A stretch of DNA of 63,512 nt, counting the filler, from an uncultured Chlamydiae bacterium (GTDB lineage Bacteria; Chlamydiota; Chlamydiia; Chlamydiales; SM23-39), in NCBI GenBank assembly GCA_937899275.1. It is 4 parts of 4 records of this genome, joined end to end, with 100 filler letters (N's around TTAATTAATTAA, not from the genome) between each part and the next. Parts side by side here need not be neighbours in the genome. Positions count along the whole stretch, not along the records: positions 49,764 to 63,512 come from CALBPE010000015.1; 3 more parts are not named here. One strand, given 5' to 3'. A program made the position numbers and the translations under genes. The notes under the pieces were generated by a model, which saw only the letters and a program-made list of their open reading frames with translations, did not search any database and was not told where the DNA came from. Shown here piece by piece: positions 51,554 to 63,512 of the stretch (positions are counted from its first letter, which is position 1; the number at the start of each line of letters is the position of its first letter).

Positions 51554-51625
51554 CTCGATTAGGAAAATCTGGAGATATTCTCCTGAGCTGTGTTAAACTT
51601 GAAGGAGAATAGTACTGAGTAGATC

Positions 51626-54945
<3,320 letters not shown>

Positions 54946-54966
54946 TTAGTAAAGTGGATACAGCTC

Positions 54967-55974
54967 TTACTTTGCAAATCGATCAAATGTATAGGTGCAG
55001 CCCGCTTCTGCCGGCATGCTCATAGTAAGCGGCATCTTTTTATGAATACAAGACCTATTTTTAAAAACCCGGCAGTATTTTATCGAAGGAGCTGTTTTGA
55101 TTTTAAGCTTTCCTGCTTTTTCTACCTGTAATACGAGCTCTCTTAGTTTTTTTTTCGCCCAAGAAAAATCAACAGATCCAAGAGCTGTTTGTATTCCCTG
55201 CATTTTGCCAAAAGGGAAAAATACTTTTTTCAGCACGTGTAAATCTTCACCGTGTTCTGAGAAAAATAGCTGCCGAATCAGATTGGGGCCGTAATCTAAA
55301 GGAGAGGAAATACTTCCTTCAATACGTTGGTAGTAGGGATCTTTTTCTGGGCAAAATATCCCAGAAAACTCCCCATGAAAGGTTTTGTATAGCTGCTCTA
55401 TACCAGCTTCTAAACCAGTTTTTGGACCGGTTTTTGGACTGGTTTCTGGACCAGCTTCTACATCGGCTTGTACCGGTAAAGTAGATACATGAGTCGCAGG
55501 GTAAAATCCTGCTACTCGATGCCAAAGCGGTAAAATCTCTTCAAGAGCATCCCTTCTTCGAATCATGGTGATATCTTGCGTTTTATGCACGCCCAGGGAA
55601 AGCTTTTCCACAAAGGGATCGATTTTTTCTACGTTAATCGCTTCTAAAGATGTTCCCGATAGCGTAATTTTACAAGAAGAGGGCGCTTTTTTTGTGACAA
55701 GCTGAATTTGGTTTTTTGATAAAAGATAAAACCGGAAAAAACCTTCCTGCGCTTTTCCAGAAACTTCGATCCGTTCTTTTTCTAAATTCAGCATCACAAG
55801 AAAATTCTGAAAAGGGCCGTGCAGAGAAAATTGGATTTCTGTTTGCTTCTTGCCATTTGATAAGATCCACTTTGTGGGATATACGCGTAAAACCCACCGC
55901 GTTCGAAGTAGGGGAAGTTTTACACCAAATTCTTGAGAAAAAGGTGCAAACGGCTTTGCAATCGTTATACGCAT
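54967..55974 (-). CDS. Chlamydial conserved hypothetical protein (possibly CT865-like)
   Basis: Overlaps the 3' end of mtaB; PF..FS..G, LSLGVHKTQD and FDRFAK blocks; assignment recalled from chlamydial synteny. Confidence 0.6.
   Translation of the reverse strand: MRITIAKPFAPFSQEFGVKLPLLRTRWVLRVYPTKWILSNGKKQTEIQFSLHGPFQNFLVMLNLEKERIEVSGKAQEGFFRFYLLSKNQIQLVTKKAPSSCKITLSGTSLEAINVEKIDPFVEKLSLGVHKTQDITMIRRRDALEEILPLWHRVAGFYPATHVSTLPVQADVEAGPETSPKTGPKTGLEAGIEQLYKTFHGEFSGIFCPEKDPYYQRIEGSISSPLDYGPNLIRQLFFSEHGEDLHVLKKVFFPFGKMQGIQTALGSVDFSWAKKKLRELVLQVEKAGKLKIKTAPSIKYCRVFKNRSCIHKKMPLTMSMPAEAGCTYTFDRFAK
55402..55461. repeat. Five imperfect 12-bp tandem repeats, in frame within the CDS
   Basis: ACCAGCTTCTAA / ACCAGTTTTTGG / ACCGGTTTTTGG / ACTGGTTTCTGG / ACCAGCTTCTAC. 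Confidence 0.8.
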
Positions 55975-57236
55975 ATCCCCTCAAGGCCCATAGGGGTATT
56001 TTTGGTTAGTTTGACCGGAACAAGAAGATTTTGCTTCAACGAGGTACTTTGGATATACACGGGTAAAAAATGCTCGCTATGCCCGAAAAAACCAGACTCC
56101 ATTTTTTGTTCCACAAGAACGTAGACAGTTTTTCCTACAAAGCGCTCTCGTAATTTGTAGGCAACCTCTTCTGCTTTATGCAAAAGAAGGGTTTTTCTTC
56201 GTTTGATCTCTTCTGGAGAAACAGGATTTTTATAAAGAGCTGCTTTTGTTCTTTTCCTAGGAGAGTAGGGAAACATATGCACCTTAGCAAACTCTGCTTT
56301 TTCCACAGCGTCTATTGTATCTGCAAAATCTTCTTCTGTTTCTCCTGGAAAACCTACGATGATATCTGTTGTGCAGGTAAAATCGGGATTATCTTCTCTA
56401 AGGCGATCTAAAGAATCAAAAAACATCTGACGGGTATATTTTCGGTTCATCCGCTTCAAGATGCTATTTGATCCCGATTGCAATACAATATGCATACTAG
56501 GGCAGGTATTTTTACCCTGCAAAATCGCATCTTTTAAAGGATCATCTACTTCGTCAGGATCGATCGAAGAAACGCGGATTCTTTCAAGGCCCTCTACTTG
56601 ATCTACCAATCTAATAAGATCAGATAACCTTTGATCACCATCTTCAAAATCTCCAATATTGATACCTGTAAGAACCACTTCTTTATACCCACTTTCCACA
56701 AGAGAGCGGATTTCACTTAAAATCTCCGGAATCTTTCTTGATCGAGATCTTCCACGAACATAAGGAATGATGCAGTAGGTGCAAAAAGAGTTGCAACCAT
56801 CTTGAATTTTCACAAACGCTCTTGTTCTTGCTTCAAACTGGTTGATTACAAATTCAGGGTAGTTTTCTTCATCTGGAAACACCTCAGAGATAAGAGACTC
56901 TTTTTCCTGATTCCTCACAATTTGTATCGGCAAAGCGCTACTACTTCCAAGCTCTAAGATCTCTTCTCTAACTTCTGCAGAAGACTCTACTAAACATCCC
57001 GTTACCACAATTTTTGCACCTGGATGCTTCTTTATTTCTTGCGCAATCTTTGCTTTAGAGCGCTGATCGGCAGATTTCGTGACCGTACAGGTATTGATGA
57101 TGCAAAGATTAGCTACATCCCCCTCTTTTACCCGGGTGTAGCCCATCTTTTCTAGCTGATTGCTATACGCGCTTGATTCGTATTGGTTTGTTCTACATCC
57201 AAGTGTAGAGACGCTAAAGGTTTTTTTCTTTTTCAT
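55965..57236 (-). CDS. mtaB: tRNA t6A37 methylthiotransferase
   Basis: TLGCRTNQYES, INTCTVT, KIQDGCNSFCTYCIIPYVRG and HMFPYSPR motifs. Confidence 0.93.
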   Translation of the reverse strand: MKKKKTFSVSTLGCRTNQYESSAYSNQLEKMGYTRVKEGDVANLCIINTCTVTKSADQRSKAKIAQEIKKHPGAKIVVTGCLVESSAEVREEILELGSSSALPIQIVRNQEKESLISEVFPDEENYPEFVINQFEARTRAFVKIQDGCNSFCTYCIIPYVRGRSRSRKIPEILSEIRSLVESGYKEVVLTGINIGDFEDGDQRLSDLIRLVDQVEGLERIRVSSIDPDEVDDPLKDAILQGKNTCPSMHIVLQSGSNSILKRMNRKYTRQMFFDSLDRLREDNPDFTCTTDIIVGFPGETEEDFADTIDAVEKAEFAKVHMFPYSPRKRTKAALYKNPVSPEEIKRRKTLLLHKAEEVAYKLRERFVGKTVYVLVEQKMESGFFGHSEHFLPVYIQSTSLKQNLLVPVKLTKNTPMGLEGICV

Positions 57237-57405
57237 AAAACTACCAGCTCGATTATAGACAAAGTCTAAAACAAAATCACGCTGAATTTACGCTATGTGT
57301 CATTTACTGAAAAGCTACAAAAAAAACGTAAAGTTAAAAATTGGCGCCTCTATGCGCTACAACAAAAATCTTGATCCAAATAAAATAAAGGAGCTGCGTA
57401 TTATC

Positions 57406-57882
57406 TTAACGTAAATCTGACGAGCTTTCTGGCGATTTAAGTATGGTTTCTGAGAAGAAGCAGACGGCTATTACAAAAACAGAAGAAATGGCGCCCAGTA
57501 GTCCGCAGGGAATTGTCACCCATAAAGACGCCTTCGCAAATACTCCAATAGCAACAGACATAGTAGCAAGGGCCGTACCTATAACCACAAAAAAATGAGA
57601 TAACATATAGGCTGCCTCTGTAAGTGCGTTTCCTTTAGGATTGCCATCACTGGGAGGTGGAATCGCTTGTAGTATCCAGGAAAAGGCTCTATTTATAAAA
57701 ACAGTGGAAATAATACCAATAGATGCGCATGCGATTTTTGCCCCTAAAGAAATACTAGAAAATAGCGCAAGAGCGCAAGAGACTGTAACTACAACACCTG
57801 GAATGGTAATGAAATGAGACTGAAGTAAGGGAGAAATTGATGTGTCATCTGGAGAACGAGAACCGACAGAAGCTGATGCCAT
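57406..57882 (-). CDS. Putative inclusion-membrane (Inc-like) protein with two bilobed hydrophobic domains
   Basis: Ser-rich N-terminus MASASVGSRS, then two hydrophobic hairpins of about 45 aa, each starting SHF. Confidence 0.6.
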   Translation of the reverse strand: MASASVGSRSPDDTSISPLLQSHFITIPGVVVTVSCALALFSSISLGAKIACASIGIISTVFINRAFSWILQAIPPPSDGNPKGNALTEAAYMLSHFFVVIGTALATMSVAIGVFAKASLWVTIPCGLLGAISSVFVIAVCFFSETILKSPESSSDLR

Positions 57883-58152
57883 AAAAGAATCATTTGTTAA
57901 CAAGTAAAACGAGATTATGAAACACATCGGATATTTTCATCCAGAAAATGCAGCACATTTTAAAACGATATCCTATTTACTTGATCAACAACGGGATGGG
58001 GATAAGCGCGGGTAATAAGGTGCTATCAGTCTCAAAATGCTGAATTTTCCAGATTACCTGAGAAAAGCGCTGAAATGCTTTAGCTCAGGTAAATTCACTA
58101 AGCCCACTTGTTATTGAATCTAAAAAACCCGTTCCAAGACCTACTCTAAGAT

Positions 58153-58527
58153 TCAAGCAAGTCCAAAAGCCTTACGGTATGAGCTTTTTCGGAGCAATGG
58201 GATAATATACCCTAAAATGGTTCGACGACTTTGCATTTCAGAGTCGAACCTATCATTAGCTTCCGGGGAAGAATGTTTGTCTCCAAATCTATCACATAGC
58301 ATATTATTTACAGTCAATGAACAATGAAGGATTTCTCTGGCAGAAATTAAAGAAATCAGCCCGACAAGGGCATTTAAACACTGCGCCCACAAGGAAAGTT
58401 TGACAAATACGGCAATAGCTACAGAAGAAACTACAATTGTAGTTGCTGCAATTACTAGAAAATGTGATCGCACTACAGTGGATTCCGCCATCTCCGCTGA
58501 GGTGCTTTTTATAATTGGAACAGTCAT
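58153..58527 (-). CDS. Putative Inc-like protein with one bilobed hydrophobic domain; paralogue of 57406..57882
   Basis: SHFLVIAATTIVVSSVAIAVFVKLSLWAQCLNALVGLISL followed by a hydrophilic C-tail. Confidence 0.6.
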   Translation of the reverse strand: MTVPIIKSTSAEMAESTVVRSHFLVIAATTIVVSSVAIAVFVKLSLWAQCLNALVGLISLISAREILHCSLTVNNMLCDRFGDKHSSPEANDRFDSEMQSRRTILGYIIPLLRKSSYRKAFGLA

Positions 58528-58559
58528 ACAAGGTCCACCTTTATAATTTAAAGCTCAAT

Positions 58560-58587
58560 ATTATAGCTAAGGTCAAGATTTTTTCAA
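58560..58587 (-). promoter_or_regulatory. Putative sigma66 promoter for the Inc-like genes
   Basis: Minus strand TTGAAA-N16-TATAAT; AGGTGG Shine-Dalgarno-like sequence before ATG 58527. Confidence 0.4.
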
Positions 58588-58665
58588 GAAAATTAAGAAA
58601 AAAAATCTTATTGTAGTGAGACTTTCAATCCCTTGCGGTGGAGTAGCCTCAAAAAAAGTGTACCA

Positions 58666-59500
58666 CTAACCTGCTAACTTCGTTTTTTCTATATACTCTC
58701 TTGGCGAGAGCATTTTTAACGCCTTATGGGGCGCCTTTTCATTATAATCTTCAAACCATTCGTCTAGTTTTTCTAGCATTAGCATTTGAGATGTCATTTG
58801 GCCATACATAGTCTCTTTTAAACGTTTTAACAAACGCTTCTGAGATTCCATTACTCTCTGGACTATACGCCGGTGTTGTGCAGATTTCTAAACCTAGATC
58901 TCTACCGAAACGGACGGTCTCTTTGGCTGTATAACAACTTCCATTATCCGATAGCCATTGGATTGGTGTAGTTAATCGGTTTTTTCCTGTTCTATGCTCC
59001 ACGCTTTCTAACATCAGATCTCTGATGGCCTCACCATCGATTCCGATGGTTGAGGCCACGTACCTCAGAACTTCCCGGTCACATGCGTCGATTGAGAACG
59101 CTATATGCACCCGTTCCCCGTTGAGGCACCCAACACTAAAGCTGTCTGAGCACCAACGGATGTTGCTTGTAATCGTTGCTACTTTACCGGTATGCGCTCT
59201 TTTTTCTTTTATTTTAGGTTTTTTTAATAAGAGCTTATTTTGCTTCATGACTCGATAGATCCTCTTGTGGTTCACAAGAGGATCTCCTTTGCTTTTGAGG
59301 GAGTGATTGATCATTGCTGTTACCCTTCTGTATCCATAAGTGGGTCTATCAGATAGGATAGTCTTGATCTTATCCACTAGCTCTTGGTCATTCTTTTTGT
59401 AGCTTTTAGAACGTTGCCGTTTTTTCTTAACGAGTCCCGGTCGAGAGACCTGTAGAGCTTTGGAAATAGCTCTCATTGCATACCGCCTTTCTTCGACCAA
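58666..59500 (-). pseudogene. IS orfB (DDE transposase) with a frameshift near 58785
   Basis: YGYRRV, NHKRIYR, RWCSD, WLSDNGSCY and SPESNGISEAFVKTFKRDY motifs. The expected C-terminus WFEDYNEKAPHKAL..SPREY lies in another frame. Confidence 0.85.
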
Positions 59501-59859
59501 GCTTGCCGCGAGATGAGTTTTTTTTCCTGCGCTAGCCTAAGAGCGTCTTGAAGGATCTCATTCTCTAATGTTTTTCTACCCAGAAGCCTTTCTAGTTCTC
59601 TGATCTGCTTTTGCAGCTCTTTGAGTTGGCTCTTTGGAGCCGCTCCATCGCTGCTATTGCCCGCTTCCAAGCTTCCCTCTTCCATGAGTCTTCTCCATGT
59701 AAATAGTTGGCTGGGACTTATATCCTATTTGCGGGCTATAAGGGAAACGCTCATCCCAGGTTGGTAGGTTTGTTCAACAATCGCTTTTTTGTCCTCAGCG
59801 CTCCATCGTCTACGTCTTTCTGTTGAGGTGATCACCTCAATATGGTTGGATTTAGTCAT
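59473..59859 (-). pseudogene. IS orfA (HTH) with an in-frame TAG at 59725-59727
   Basis: MTKSNHIEVITSTERRRRWSAEDKKAIV..PGMSVSLIARK*DISPSQLFTWRR..IRELERLLGRKTLENEIL; an A8 run at about 59518-59525 is the likely frameshift site. Confidence 0.85.
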
Positions 59860-60318
59860 AAATCTAGTCTTACTCCTATGTTTTAGAGTTAGACAGGGTG
59901 GTTCACTTTAAATGGGGGGCACTCCATGCGGAAAATGAGCCTAATACACAACACCATAGGAATAGTTATTCATACGTATAGGACGACTTTCACGAGAAAC
60001 GATCATTTGTTATAACGCAGAATGCAAAAGAATTGTTAACACAGGAAGGTGGATTAGATTCTAGTACCTAAGAAAAGATCCCACCTAAAATGATAGACCA
60101 AGGATAAGATCAACTACCGGAAAATTTTACGGCTGAAAATAATAATAAAACTGTTTCTTTATAAAACAAATATATTACAATATTTTGATCTTATTCTAGA
60201 ACTCATTGTCATTGGTACGATGGGAGGTATAATAGAATACAGCAAGAGACAAGTTCTTGCGAAGATTATCAAAACTGGTCATAATTGTTCCTATTACTTA
60301 CAGCAACTTGAGAATTTT

Positions 60319-60915
60319 ATGGAAGAACTGACGTTTATCAATATTGCCATGTCGTTTTTTTTAATCATGAACGCCGTGGGACAAATCCCCCTATTTTTAG
60401 CGATTTTATCTCCTTACAGCCCTACTAGACAAAAGCTGTTGATTTTTCGAGAAATGTCGACTGCCCTTATTGTACTTTTGGTATTCACATTTTTTGGAGA
60501 AAAGGTTTTATTTTACCTGGGTATTACCCATTCCATTATTGGTATGGCAGGAGGAATTTTACTTTTTCTTGTATCGCTAGACATGGTCTTTCCCAAGGAA
60601 AAAGACCTCGACTCTTTAACCAAGTTTGAGCCGATGATTGTACCATTAGCAATCCCTGTGATTACAGGTCCCGGCGCAATTACGATGGCGATGACTTACG
60701 CTGCAAAGACAAATAGCCCCCTTCTTGTGTCTTTATCTATTATCGCTGCATGGATTCCATCTGTGGTGATTTTGATCTTTTCTCCCCGCATACAAAGACT
60801 TTTGGGAGATAAAGGCATGCAGGCTGTTGAAAGACTCGGCGGCATGTTGGTGATTTTAATTGCTATTCAGATGTTTTCATCAGGACTTATTCAGCTGGTG
60901 AAGGATAATTTTTAA
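60319..60915 (+). CDS. MarC family integral membrane protein
   Basis: FLIMNAVGQIPLF, AGGILLF, IVPLAIPVITGPGAI and ERLGGML motifs. Confidence 0.9.
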   Translation: MEELTFINIAMSFFLIMNAVGQIPLFLAILSPYSPTRQKLLIFREMSTALIVLLVFTFFGEKVLFYLGITHSIIGMAGGILLFLVSLDMVFPKEKDLDSLTKFEPMIVPLAIPVITGPGAITMAMTYAAKTNSPLLVSLSIIAAWIPSVVILIFSPRIQRLLGDKGMQAVERLGGMLVILIAIQMFSSGLIQLVKDNF

Positions 60916-62224
60916 TCTGAAAGTTCTGAAACGCATTGGCAAGAGACGGCGCTACTCTTGCCTTTACTATTAAATCATTTTTGTCATAGATCTTTTCTAT
61001 GATCTCTGCTTTTTCCATTAGCTTTGCAGCAAATTTATAATCTTTCTGATCAAACCGAAATAGCGCTTCTTTTCGAAGATGCGCCATTTCTTCTACCATC
61101 CCCTGAATTAAACAATCAAAATGCATTTTTTTCTTAGCAGATATCGATATCAGTTTTGGGAACCGGTAGCGAAGTAGCTTGGCTTCTTTTGTTTCCGCTT
61201 TTTCGATTTTATTGAGCACGCGTATTCTAGGTTTTTTATCTGCTTTAAGCTCTTTTAACACTTCTTCTGAAGCGGCAATTTCCTCGAGTATATTAGGACT
61301 AGAAGCGTCGATGAGATGCAGTAAGATATCTGCATGAAAAGCTTCTTCTAAAGTGCTTTTAAATGCTTCTACTAACCTATGAGGCAGTTTTCGGATAAAT
61401 CCTACGGTATCGATTAAAATGATTTTTTGATTGTTTGGAAGAAGGTAGCTTTTAGCTTTAGTATCTAGAGTAGCAAAGAGCTTATCTTCTACAAATACGG
61501 CAGCTTCCGTCAGCGCATTTAACAGGGTGGATTTACCCGCATTGGTATAGCCGATGATCGCAAAACTTGTTCTTCCCTCCCGTTTACGCTTAGCCCTTTT
61601 TAATGCCCTTGTTTTTTCTAATTGCACAAGTTCTTGTTTAATTGAAGAGATCTTACTTCTCAAAAGCCTGCGGTCAATTTCAATTTGCCTTTCTCCCTCT
61701 CCCTTTAAAATCCCTCCTTTGCCACCGCCGCCTACACGCTGCCTGCCTAAGTGGGTCCAAAGCTTTTTCAATCGAGGTAATTGAAAGGTGTATTCGGCTA
61801 AAGCAATCTGCATTTTCGCTTCTTTCGTATGGGCTCTTTGACCAAATACAGCGAGGATCAGCTCTGTGCGATCTACTACCATCGCTTCAATTTCTTTTTC
61901 TAGGTTTCTTTGCTGCTGCGGAGAAATCTCATGATCGAAAATAATGAGAGTAGCTTCTTTTTCTTTTGCAAGGTGCTTGATTTCTTCTACTTTTCCCTTC
62001 CCTAAAAACGTTTTGGCAGAGATCTTACGCAAAGGACAAGCTAAAAGACCGACTACAGGAAGGCCAAAGGTTTCTGTTAACCTTTCTAACTCTTCTAGGT
62101 GGATGATTGTTTCTGCTTTCTTTTTTTCCTCATAAGCGCCGACTAAAAGGGCTTTTGCGCCGAAACGCTCTGCTTCTACTAAACGGCCGATTTCTGTAGA
62201 TCCTGTCGTAAATTCCATATTCAA
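60887..62224 (-). CDS. hflX: GTPase HflX
   Basis: GKGKVEE, GYTNAGKSTL, DKLFATLD, DTVGFI and AFKSTLEE motifs. Confidence 0.95.
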   Translation of the reverse strand: MNMEFTTGSTEIGRLVEAERFGAKALLVGAYEEKKKAETIIHLEELERLTETFGLPVVGLLACPLRKISAKTFLGKGKVEEIKHLAKEKEATLIIFDHEISPQQQRNLEKEIEAMVVDRTELILAVFGQRAHTKEAKMQIALAEYTFQLPRLKKLWTHLGRQRVGGGGKGGILKGEGERQIEIDRRLLRSKISSIKQELVQLEKTRALKRAKRKREGRTSFAIIGYTNAGKSTLLNALTEAAVFVEDKLFATLDTKAKSYLLPNNQKIILIDTVGFIRKLPHRLVEAFKSTLEEAFHADILLHLIDASSPNILEEIAASEEVLKELKADKKPRIRVLNKIEKAETKEAKLLRYRFPKLISISAKKKMHFDCLIQGMVEEMAHLRKEALFRFDQKDYKFAAKLMEKAEIIEKIYDKNDLIVKARVAPSLANAFQNFQIKNYPSPAE

Positions 62225-62392
62225 TAGGTAATGTTGGTATGCAATTTATGATAGGCAAAAACGTGGTTTTTCTCTAAGTAAGAATCGTTTTTTGTATCAA
62301 TTTCATGAGATAAGCAGTTGACTTGCCCATCCAATTGGAACAGCTAAAAAAAACTGAAGCGCTTTAAGGAATAAGGAGTTTTGCAGGCTAAT

Positions 62393-62424
62393 AAAAAAGC
62401 CTCATGCAGCTAGGCGCATGAGGC
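62393..62424 (-). terminator. Rho-independent terminator of the 62439..63500 gene
   Basis: GCCTCATGC...GCATGAGGC stem with an A tract on the left, which is a U tract on the minus strand. Confidence 0.75.
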
Positions 62425-62438
62425 AATGGTATAGAACC

Positions 62439-63500
62439 TTAAGTGGGAACTGGAGCTGAAAGAACTACCCCTTCTTTCACTGAGCACATTCGCCGGATTA
62501 GGACGCACATGTTTGTTTTTGCACGATTAACAACCCGGTCGCGAGCAGGAGCAAGACAGTAGCCCCTATTAGCCGTATTAATCAATTTGTTTTGTTCTTC
62601 GAATGCTTGATAATATTCATTTAACAATAACATTCTCATTAGAGAACAAATAGCATTAATTAAAGGAATAATTCCTAGACTCAGGATACTCAAAGTAATT
62701 TTCCACTTGGATAATTTTGGAGTTGCAACTTTTTCATAAGCCTGTTTTACCTCTTGGTGAAAGTATGTAAGACCACTTTCACTAGATGTTAGGCTCATTA
62801 AAGTATACAATCCTATTCTTGCGCATTTTTCAACACTTGCTCCCCGAGCGCTCCGCCAAAAGGAACTATATTCTTTTGAGATCATTAGACCAACCGGCTT
62901 TGTATCAATAAAAGCAAGGCGCTGGCTATGCTTTGTTAAACGAATATTATGGAAAGAAGCATCTACAAAACCAGATTTTTGGACTATTTTGACTATTGTT
63001 TTTGCTATATCTTTTTGACCTTGTTCATTCATATTTTTGATCGCTTGAACCGTTTCTTCTTTTGATAAAATATCCAGCTTTTCACAAAGCACAACATATT
63101 TTTTTGTGGCGTCTTTTTCGTTAGGCATATCTCGACAGATCACGAGTTTTGTCTTTGGCAAAACCACATCAATATCTGCTTTTTGTGCAATACGTTGAAT
63201 GCGCTCACTCATTGCTATTCTGAGAAGGCTATCTTTTGGGGTAAAAGTAGTACATTCCCCTCGATCATTCGTAAGGCCTTGTATGACTCTGTCTTGAGAG
63301 ACGCTACAAGCTCCAGATTCAATGACCCATCCTGCTAAAGAAGCACATCTCACTGTCTCAGACACTAGTTTTTGAACTACCTCAGCTTGAGGATTGTCTT
63401 TTTCTAGTAAATGATTTTCTAGCGCTGGATCCCTCAAATCTACAGGGGGAAGGTAAGTGTCTTCGTAGTAATAAGATTTAAAAAAATTTAGAAAAGTCAA
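62439..63500 (-). CDS. Hypothetical protein with atypical protein-kinase-like motifs and a C-terminal hydrophobic segment
   Basis: YVVLCEKL (hinge-like), DASFHNI (DxxxxN catalytic-loop-like) and LAFIDT (DFG-like). Confidence 0.55.
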   Translation of the reverse strand: MTFLNFFKSYYYEDTYLPPVDLRDPALENHLLEKDNPQAEVVQKLVSETVRCASLAGWVIESGACSVSQDRVIQGLTNDRGECTTFTPKDSLLRIAMSERIQRIAQKADIDVVLPKTKLVICRDMPNEKDATKKYVVLCEKLDILSKEETVQAIKNMNEQGQKDIAKTIVKIVQKSGFVDASFHNIRLTKHSQRLAFIDTKPVGLMISKEYSSFWRSARGASVEKCARIGLYTLMSLTSSESGLTYFHQEVKQAYEKVATPKLSKWKITLSILSLGIIPLINAICSLMRMLLLNEYYQAFEEQNKLINTANRGYCLAPARDRVVNRAKTNMCVLIRRMCSVKEGVVLSAPVPT

Positions 63501-63512
63501 TTTATTACCCTA

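Larger units (their letters stand above)
58639..59926 (-). mobile_element. IS3-family insertion sequence (IS2 group), 1288 bp, degenerate
   Basis: Imperfect terminal inverted repeats TGGAGTAGCCTCAAAAAAAGTGTACCAC and TGGAGTGCCCCCCATTTAAAGTGAACCAC. 5-bp direct repeat TGCGG at 58634-58638 and 59927-59931. Contains orfA and orfB. Confidence 0.92.

Overview
This window comes from a member of the phylum Chlamydiota, probably an environmental lineage. It is a concatenated draft assembly: four contig pieces (1-27006, 27107-28828, 28929-49663, 49764-63512) are joined by artificial 100-bp N/TTAATTAATTAA linkers. The lineage call rests on chlamydial gene order: rpsA-nusA-infB-rbfA-truB-ychF-sctU-sctV-copN-scc1-malQ (type III secretion locus), rpe-efp-accB-accC, waaA-leuS and kdsB-yqgF-zwf. 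Most genes are housekeeping, with five tRNAs (one truncated at the window edge). Points of interest: (1) ribF and pyrG are missing from their usual chlamydial positions. (2) An overlapping pair encodes an NTT-like transporter and an HD-domain dNTPase-like enzyme. (3) Several orphan genes look like effectors: three copies of an Inc-like bilobed domain, an atypical kinase-like protein, a J-domain-like protein, and an ankyrin-like protein sharing an N-terminal motif with another orphan. (4) There is a decayed IS2-type element with a 5-bp target duplication. (5) In-frame stops in efp and a glycosyltransferase, plus a zwf/TPR chimeric contig end, point to sequencing or assembly errors. No CRISPR array, rRNA or prophage was seen. 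All calls come from reading motifs by eye and from recalled gene order; no searches were run.
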